A DNA stretch of 64,000 nt from Acidisoma sp. GTDB taxonomy: Bacteria; Pseudomonadota; Alphaproteobacteria; Acetobacterales; Acetobacteraceae. A model generated the notes under the pieces. It was not told the DNA's origin. It ran no database searches and worked only from the letters and a program-made list of their open reading frames with translations. The stretch covers positions 48,213-112,212 of the forward strand of contig NZ_CBDAQN010000002.1 in the NCBI RefSeq assembly GCF_965199065.1, written 5' to 3'. The translations under genes and the position numbers were made by a program. Positions 58,171 to 64,000 of this stretch are shown piece after piece (the first letter of the stretch is position 1; each line of letters starts with the position of its first letter).

Positions 58171-58584
58171 TCAATCGTGATGATGGACCCGTACGAACAG
58201 CGCCTCGGCCGCCTGGATGACCTGCGACTGGTAGGAGAGGTTGAGCTGGCGGGTGTGAGAGTGGTAGTCGCCGATTGCCCGCATGAGATCGCCTCGATCC
58301 TCGGCGAGGTAGGTTTTGAGGATCGCCCCGGCTGCGGCGATATTATAGCAGGGCGCGTTGATGAGACGGGCCCGGACCTGACTGGCCGGTTCTCGCGTGT
58401 ATGCCACGAGCGGCCCAATCCAACGCGTGTTGATCTGCATAACCCCTAGGTCCTGCGATCCGTCGGCGTCGTTGCTAATGGTCCCTGGCCGGCCGCCTTC
58501 TATCGCCTGGATAGACGGCAGCACCCGAGGCGGGAGGTGGTAGATCGACGCGACGAGCGCCATGCAAGCGAGGAACGGTATCAC
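58171..58584 (-). CDS. small lytic transglycosylase (SLT domain) protein
   Basis: 137 aa; LPSIQAIEGG (catalytic Glu region) and DLGVMQINTRWI, as in VirB1/IagB-type specialised transglycosylases. Confidence 0.7.
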   Translation of the reverse strand: MIPFLACMALVASIYHLPPRVLPSIQAIEGGRPGTISNDADGSQDLGVMQINTRWIGPLVAYTREPASQVRARLINAPCYNIAAAGAILKTYLAEDRGDLMRAIGDYHSHTRQLNLSYQSQVIQAAEALFVRVHHHD

Positions 58585-59026
58585 GACGGCAGCATCCTGG
58601 ATGATACGGCTGACAGCTTCTACTGGCTAAACGCCGCGCCGGGAAGCCGTGAACAAAAACAAACCGCCGAAGCAGGCGAGAGGCAGCCTCGACGGCGTTG
58701 GGTCTGCACAAACGTAAGCCGCAGCCGATTACGCGAAACGGCAGCCGCTTACAACACAGGGCCGCCGCCCGGACGATAGATGACAAAGCACCCTGCGACG
58801 GCTCTATGTCAACACTCCCATATATCCGAACCGAAATCGAAATGGATTGACGTTGCGACGGAACGTTACAAATCGTCGCGTGAAAAGCGCTAGCCGTCAG
58901 CTTCTGCAGAATTGTCAGCGATTGCAGAAACTGCTTTCACCGGTATTCGGTCGATGCTCCAAACAAATTGCGTTGAGCATTCATGAAACCGTCATCGCAT
59001 TGCTACAGACGCGCGGCGTGCGATGA

Positions 59027-61084
59027 ATGAAAACACCTCCAACCCTGGCCGTGCTCGAAAGGTCGAGATGGCTCTGGCAACAATTGTATTTGTGGAGGGT
59101 TCCTCTCTTGCAGAAATCAACGTGGGCGCGAACGCGCCTGCAATTCCGGTCGGCGATGCTCGCCGCGACCGCCGCTAGCCTGATCGCAGGCCCGGTGGTT
59201 CCGGCCTTCGCCCAATCCGCCGCCGCGACCGGTGGCGTCGACAATATGGTTGGATCGCCGCCTGCGAGCACTCCGATCCAGCACATCGTCGTCATCATCG
59301 GCGAGAACCGCACGTTCGACCATGTGTTCGCAACGTATCAGCCGCCGCACGGGGAAAAGGTGTTCAACCTCCTCTCCGAGGGCATTATCAACGCGAACGG
59401 CACGCCCGGACCGAACTACCGCAACGCCGGACAGTTCTCGGCCCAGCAGCCGGCCAATTACAGCACGCACCCCGGCGGCAAGGTTCTCTACACGAACCTT
59501 CCGGCGCCCGGCACGGACGGCGCGCCGACCGCGTCGTCAGACAGCAACCCGCCTCCCTTCGCGAGCGTTGCGGCGGTCGCGGCTGTTGAGTCACAGATCA
59601 ACGACGGCCTGCCCAGCGCCGATTACAATCTGCTGACGACGGGCGCGACCGGCCTCGCCTCGGATGTCGCGGACACGCGCATCACGAACGCGAACTCGCT
59701 CCCGGATGGCCCTTATCAGATCACCGGCCCGACCCTGCCGTACGACTCCTATACAGCGAGCCCGGTTCATCGCTTCTACGAGATGTGGCAACAAACTGAT
59801 TGCGCCAAAGGCCATATCACAGCCGCCAATCCTTCCGGCTGCTTGAACGACCTCTTTCCCTGGACCGAAGTCACCGAGGGCGCCGGCACCAACGGCAAGC
59901 CGCAACCCGCCGGGTTCAATAATCTGACAACGGGCGAAGGCTCGGCGTCGATGGGCTTCTTCAACATGGCGCAGGGGGACGCGGCAACGTTCAAGTCGCT
60001 CGCCGACCAGTACACGATCAGCGACAACTACCATCAGGCCATCATGGGCGGCACCGGCGCCAACCACATCGCGCTCGGGACCGGCCTCGCCATCTATTAC
60101 ACCGATGGTCAGGGCAACGTCGCGACGCCGCCCGCGGATGAAATCGAGAACCCCAACAGCCAATCCGGCACCAACAACTGGTGGGTGCAGGACGGCTACT
60201 CGGGCGGTTCATATAGCAATTGCTCGGACGACACGCAGCCGGGCGTGACGGCAGTCCGCACCTACCTCAAGTCTCTGCCGTCGAAGCCCGCCCTGAAGTG
60301 CAAGAAGGACGCCTACTACCTTCTCAACAACTACAACCCGGGCTACTTCGGGGACGGCACCGTCAACACCTCGACCTTCACCGTGCCGCCTTCGCCGGTG
60401 CACACGATCGCGGATGTCCTGAACGCGCACAACATCTCCTGGAAATACTACGGCGCCGGATGGGACAACTACGTGGCCAACCCGTCGAGCGACCTCGGCG
60501 GCCTCTATTGCAACATCTGCAATCCCTTCCTGTATGAAACCAACATCATGACGAGCGCGACGCAGCGCTCGACGCATCTGAAGGACGTGCCGGATCTGGT
60601 CTCCGACATCAGCACCGGCAATCTGCCGGCGGTCTCGATCATCAAGCCCGATGGCCTGCTCGACGGACATCCGGCTTCGTCTAAGCTCGATCTCTTCGAA
60701 GCCTTCGCCAGCAACATCGTCTCCGAGATCCAGGCCAACCCCAAGCTGTGGGCGCATACCGCGATCCTCATCACCTTCGACGAGGGCGGTGGATACTGGG
60801 ACTCGGGCTACATCCAGCCGCTCGACTTCTTCGGCGACGGCACGCGTATCCCGGCGATTATGGTCTCGCCCTACTCCACCGGCGGCCATGTCACCCACGT
60901 CTACGCAGATCATGTCTCGTTCCTGAAGTTCATCGAGCGGAACTGGGGTCTCGAGGCGGTCTCCAAGAGCGGCCGTGACAACCTGCCTGACCCGATCGCC
61001 TACGCCAACAACCCGTATGCTCCGGTCAACAGCCCGGCCATCGGCGACCTGATGGATATGTTCAACTTTTACCAGAAGAACTGA
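59027..61084 (+). CDS. phosphoesterase-family protein (phospholipase C / AcpA acid phosphatase family), secreted
   Basis: IQHIVVIIGENRTFDHVFATY is the phosphoesterase-family N-terminal motif. Signal-like MLAATAASLIAGPVVPAFAQS; the true start is probably downstream of 59027 (e.g. ATG 59156). Confidence 0.75.
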   Translation: MKTPPTLAVLERSRWLWQQLYLWRVPLLQKSTWARTRLQFRSAMLAATAASLIAGPVVPAFAQSAAATGGVDNMVGSPPASTPIQHIVVIIGENRTFDHVFATYQPPHGEKVFNLLSEGIINANGTPGPNYRNAGQFSAQQPANYSTHPGGKVLYTNLPAPGTDGAPTASSDSNPPPFASVAAVAAVESQINDGLPSADYNLLTTGATGLASDVADTRITNANSLPDGPYQITGPTLPYDSYTASPVHRFYEMWQQTDCAKGHITAANPSGCLNDLFPWTEVTEGAGTNGKPQPAGFNNLTTGEGSASMGFFNMAQGDAATFKSLADQYTISDNYHQAIMGGTGANHIALGTGLAIYYTDGQGNVATPPADEIENPNSQSGTNNWWVQDGYSGGSYSNCSDDTQPGVTAVRTYLKSLPSKPALKCKKDAYYLLNNYNPGYFGDGTVNTSTFTVPPSPVHTIADVLNAHNISWKYYGAGWDNYVANPSSDLGGLYCNICNPFLYETNIMTSATQRSTHLKDVPDLVSDISTGNLPAVSIIKPDGLLDGHPASSKLDLFEAFASNIVSEIQANPKLWAHTAILITFDEGGGYWDSGYIQPLDFFGDGTRIPAIMVSPYSTGGHVTHVYADHVSFLKFIERNWGLEAVSKSGRDNLPDPIAYANNPYAPVNSPAIGDLMDMFNFYQKN

Positions 61085-61111
61085 TGTTGCGCTGACATCA
61101 GGACAAGGCCG

Positions 61112-61150
61112 GTCGGGGCAGCGCGTAGGCGCCGCCCCGACTTTCTGCTT
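61112..61150 (+). terminator. rho-independent terminator candidate
   Basis: GTCGGGGCAGCGC-gtag-GCGCCGCCCCGAC followed by TTTCTGCTT, 28 nt after the phosphoesterase stop. Confidence 0.65.
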
Positions 61151-61165
61151 CGAGGTGTATCAGTA

Positions 61166-63118
61166 ATGGGGCGACCCGGAATTTCGACCGCTGACGATAT
61201 TGATCTTCATGCGCTGCCTGCTTTCGCCGATGCCGGAGGCGTCATGCGGCTTCTACGGCGGGTCGCGGGCTGCCAGTTTCTTTTCCTCGCTCTTCTCCTC
61301 GCACCCACCCTCTGGGCACGCCTCCATGCGAAGTGGTCGCCTCCCTGGGCGCCGGTATGGGAGGGGTTCGTCCGAACCGGCGCCGTCGGCGCCCTTTGCG
61401 CCACCCTTTTTCTCGCGCTGACCGGCACGCTTGCCTGCCTCCTCCTGGCCTCCGCGCGACACCGTACCTTCCGCCACGAGGGGCTCGACACCAGCCTCGA
61501 GCGCGCTCCCGTGACCATCGCCGCCGGCTGGCCGCAGGCTATCGTCGTGCTCGCCGGAGCCGCGCTCGCGGCCTCCAGCCTGCATGTCTGGCCGCCGCTG
61601 CCGGCCCTGGCGCGCGACACCATGCCGAACTGGCCGGTCTCCGCGGCGCTCATGGTCATCCCGGCCTTCTTTTTGATGGTCCTCGAAAGCGTTGTATCGT
61701 CCACGTCGCCGGGCCGTCTGCCTGAAGTGCCGAGCCTCGCCGCGCTGCTGCGACTGCCGGTCGTCGCGCTCGCCGCCCATGCCGCGATCATCGTCGCCGG
61801 CGGGTTCGGTCTCCCTGGCGGGACATTGGCCGCCACCGTGGTCGACGTCTTCTTCTATATCGTTGCGGCCGAACTCGCGGTACGGACGGTCGCGGTCTGG
61901 TTCCTGCCGCCTCCCGTGCCGGAGCTGGCGCGCGCCTCCATCGGCAGCGCCGCAGCCTCCCTCCTGCAGCCGGGCGCGCTGCGGCCCGGCGAGATGACGC
62001 GGCGCATGCGCCGGAACTTCGGCATCGACATCAGCCGCAGCTGGGCAGTGGCCTACGCCCGCACGGCGGCGGCTCCGGTTCTGCTCGTCCTGCTGATGTT
62101 CACCTGGGGTTTGAGCGGCGTCACCCGGATCAATCTGGACCAGCGCGGCTCCTACGAGCGCTTCGGCGCACCGGTTGCCATGCTGCGGCCCGGCCTGCAC
62201 GTGCTGCTCCCCTGGCCCTTCGGCCGCGTCCGCCTCGTCGAATACGGCGTCGTCCATGCGCTTCCGATCGGCGCCACGGTCAACGGCCCCACGAACTCAG
62301 GGCAGCTGCCGCAGGATGCCTCGACAGCCGACGGTCCGGCGCCGCGCAGCGCCAACAGGCTGTGGGACGAGCAACTCCGCAACGACACGTCCTACATCAT
62401 CGCGAGCCAGACCGGGGACCGCCAGAGCTTCGAGACCGTCAGCGTGGTCATGACCGTGCTCTACCGGATCGGGCTTGACGACGAATCGGCGCGGCGGGCG
62501 CTCTACGGCGCCATCGATCAGGCGGCGCTCGTGCGCGCCCTGGCAGGCCGCGAACTGTCGCATTTCTTCGCCTCCCGGACCCTTCTTGCCGTTCTCGGCG
62601 AGCGCAACGAAGAGATCGCCACACAGCTGCGTGGCGCCCTCCAGGCCGATCTCGACCGCGACAGGAGCGGGCTCGAGGTCGTGGCGCTGGTCGTCGAATC
62701 CATGCATCCGCCGAGCGGCGCCGCCACCGCCTATCGCGGCGTGCAGACGGAACAGATCATCGCCTCGATGCGCTATTCCGAGGAAATGGGGCGGGCGCAG
62801 GGAACGTTGAGCGTCGCCGCCGCGGACGCGCACAACATGCGGGATTCGGCGGCAGCGGCGGCTGCTGAGCTGGTCAGCTCCGCCACCGTCGAACGCTGGC
62901 AATCGAGCGCCGATACCCTGGCCTTCCGCCACTCCGGGAACGCTTTCCTGATCGAACGCTACTTCGCCAATCTCGGTTCGGCCCTGAGCAAGGCGGCGGT
63001 GGAGATCATGGACAGCCGCCTGGGCGCCGCCACAACGCCGATCCTCGACCTGAGGCCCACCACCACCAACGGCACCGCACCGGTGGCGCCGGCCGCCAGC
63101 CAGGACAACTCGCAATGA
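61166..63118 (+). CDS. SPFH/Band-7 protein (HflK-like) with ~300-aa polytopic N-terminal extension
   Basis: The first ~310 aa contain several hydrophobic helices. Then ..VTRINLDQRGSYERFGAPVAMLRPGLHVLLPWPFGRV.. (SPFH start) and an Ala-rich coiled C-terminus. Confidence 0.7.
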   Translation: MGRPGISTADDIDLHALPAFADAGGVMRLLRRVAGCQFLFLALLLAPTLWARLHAKWSPPWAPVWEGFVRTGAVGALCATLFLALTGTLACLLLASARHRTFRHEGLDTSLERAPVTIAAGWPQAIVVLAGAALAASSLHVWPPLPALARDTMPNWPVSAALMVIPAFFLMVLESVVSSTSPGRLPEVPSLAALLRLPVVALAAHAAIIVAGGFGLPGGTLAATVVDVFFYIVAAELAVRTVAVWFLPPPVPELARASIGSAAASLLQPGALRPGEMTRRMRRNFGIDISRSWAVAYARTAAAPVLLVLLMFTWGLSGVTRINLDQRGSYERFGAPVAMLRPGLHVLLPWPFGRVRLVEYGVVHALPIGATVNGPTNSGQLPQDASTADGPAPRSANRLWDEQLRNDTSYIIASQTGDRQSFETVSVVMTVLYRIGLDDESARRALYGAIDQAALVRALAGRELSHFFASRTLLAVLGERNEEIATQLRGALQADLDRDRSGLEVVALVVESMHPPSGAATAYRGVQTEQIIASMRYSEEMGRAQGTLSVAAADAHNMRDSAAAAAAELVSSATVERWQSSADTLAFRHSGNAFLIERYFANLGSALSKAAVEIMDSRLGAATTPILDLRPTTTNGTAPVAPAASQDNSQ

Positions 63119-64000
63119 CCGCACATGACATCGCCATCGAGGATGCGACGCCGGCGACAGCGCCGCGCGGTCGGCAAGCGATCCGCATGGGTCTCGCCGC
63201 GCTCATCCTGGCGGGGGCCGTCATCGTCTCGTCCCAGATCATGGTCGCGGATGGCCAGGCCGTGGTCGTCACCCGGTTCGGCAACCCGCTGCGTGTGCTG
63301 ACCCATCCGGGCCTTGCCTGGAAGGTGCCGGCGCCGGTCGACAGCACCATCGCGGTCGATCTGCGGCTGCATACGACGTCGAGCGGCCTCGAGGATGTCG
63401 GCACGCGGGACGGCCTGCGAATCCTCGTACAGACGTTCCTGGCCTGGCGCGTCGCCCCCGACGCCGCCCATATCCGCCAGTTCCTGCGGTCCACCGGCAA
63501 CAACCCGGATGAGGCGGCGCGCCAGCTGCGCAGCTTCGTGGGCTCGGCGCTGCAGATCACCGCGAGCAACTTCGACCTCGCCGACCTCGTCAACACCGAC
63601 CCTGGCAAGGTGAGGCTCGCTGACTTCGAGCAGCAGTTGCAGGACAATGTGGCGAAGCAGGTGCTCGAGATCTACGGCGTCCGCATCGAGCAGGTCGGCG
63701 TCCAGCGCCTCAGCCTGCCGTCCGAAACGCTGGCGGCGACGGTCGCGCGCATGCGGGCCGAGCGCGAAACGGTGGCCGCTCAACGGGCCGCCGAGGGCCT
63801 GCGGATCGCGGCTCAGATCCGGTCGGATGCGGCGCGGGATGCGCGCATCACCATCGCCAACGCGCAGTCGGACGCCGCCCAGATCGAGGCCCAGTCGCGC
63901 GAGAAGGCGGCCCAGATCTACGCCGCGAGCTACGCCCGCGATCCGCAGCTCTACATGCTCCTGCGGTCGCTCGACACCATCAACACGATCGTCGGGCCGC
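63115..64000 (+). CDS. SPFH/Band-7 protein (HflC-like), 3' end beyond the window
   Basis: Not in the ORF track (no stop in window). ATG 63115 overlaps the upstream stop (ATGA). My translation reads MTAHDIAIED..LILAGAVIVSSQIMVADGQAVVVTRFGNPLRVLTHPGLAWKVP...RMRAERETVAAQRAAEG.. Confidence 0.75.
   Translation, partial: MTAHDIAIEDATPATAPRGRQAIRMGLAALILAGAVIVSSQIMVADGQAVVVTRFGNPLRVLTHPGLAWKVPAPVDSTIAVDLRLHTTSSGLEDVGTRDGLRILVQTFLAWRVAPDAAHIRQFLRSTGNNPDEAARQLRSFVGSALQITASNFDLADLVNTDPGKVRLADFEQQLQDNVAKQVLEIYGVRIEQVGVQRLSLPSETLAATVARMRAERETVAAQRAAEGLRIAAQIRSDAARDARITIANAQSDAAQIEAQSREKAAQIYAASYARDPQLYMLLRSLDTINTIVGP

Noticed and set aside
61207-63783. Minus-strand ORFs of 209, 334, 275, 274 and 213 aa
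   Set aside because: All are antisense to the SPFH gene pair. Arg/Gly/Asp-rich and overlapping one another in different frames.
1-64000. CRISPR arrays, IS elements or transposases, integrases, tRNA and rRNA genes
   Set aside because: No regularly spaced short repeats, no DDE or tyrosine-recombinase-like translations, and no RNA-gene-like conserved segments were seen. tRNA detection by eye is weak, so absence is not proven.

Overview
GC-rich window that looks like an alphaproteobacterial plasmid or chromid, built from several modules. No rRNA, tRNA, CRISPR array, transposase or integrase was recognised. Left to right: (1) 1-10.7 kb, a surface-polysaccharide locus: two glycosyltransferases, an acyltransferase-3, a P-loop ATPase, a Wzz/GumC-type co-polymerase with a degenerate kinase domain, and a convergent 1069-aa multidomain glycanase. 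(2) 11.9-16.8 kb, a cyoABCD ubiquinol oxidase operon plus a DUF2189-like membrane protein. (3) 17.5-29.2 kb, two RND efflux systems with MarR and TetR regulators. (4) 29.2-35.1 kb, gene remnants, then a repA-parA-parB operon translationally coupled to an alpha/beta hydrolase, with an iteron-like repeat cluster upstream. (5) 36.2-61.1 kb, a complete type II secretion (gsp) locus. It is interleaved with three diverged Tat-signal ferritin-like paralogues, two FkbM methyltransferases (one fused to a coiled coil and three GT4 domains in a 1568-aa protein), a small lytic transglycosylase and a PLC/AcpA-type phosphoesterase. (6) 61.2-64.0 kb, an overlapping HflK/HflC-like SPFH pair. The best candidate for an undescribed system is module 5, a T2SS apparently dedicated to Tat-folded di-iron ferritin-like cargo and physically linked to a methyltransferase/glycosyltransferase machine. 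All calls rest on motifs read from the translations, gene order and start/stop geometry; no database search was possible. Many long ORFs in the track are antisense artefacts of the high GC content and were rejected.
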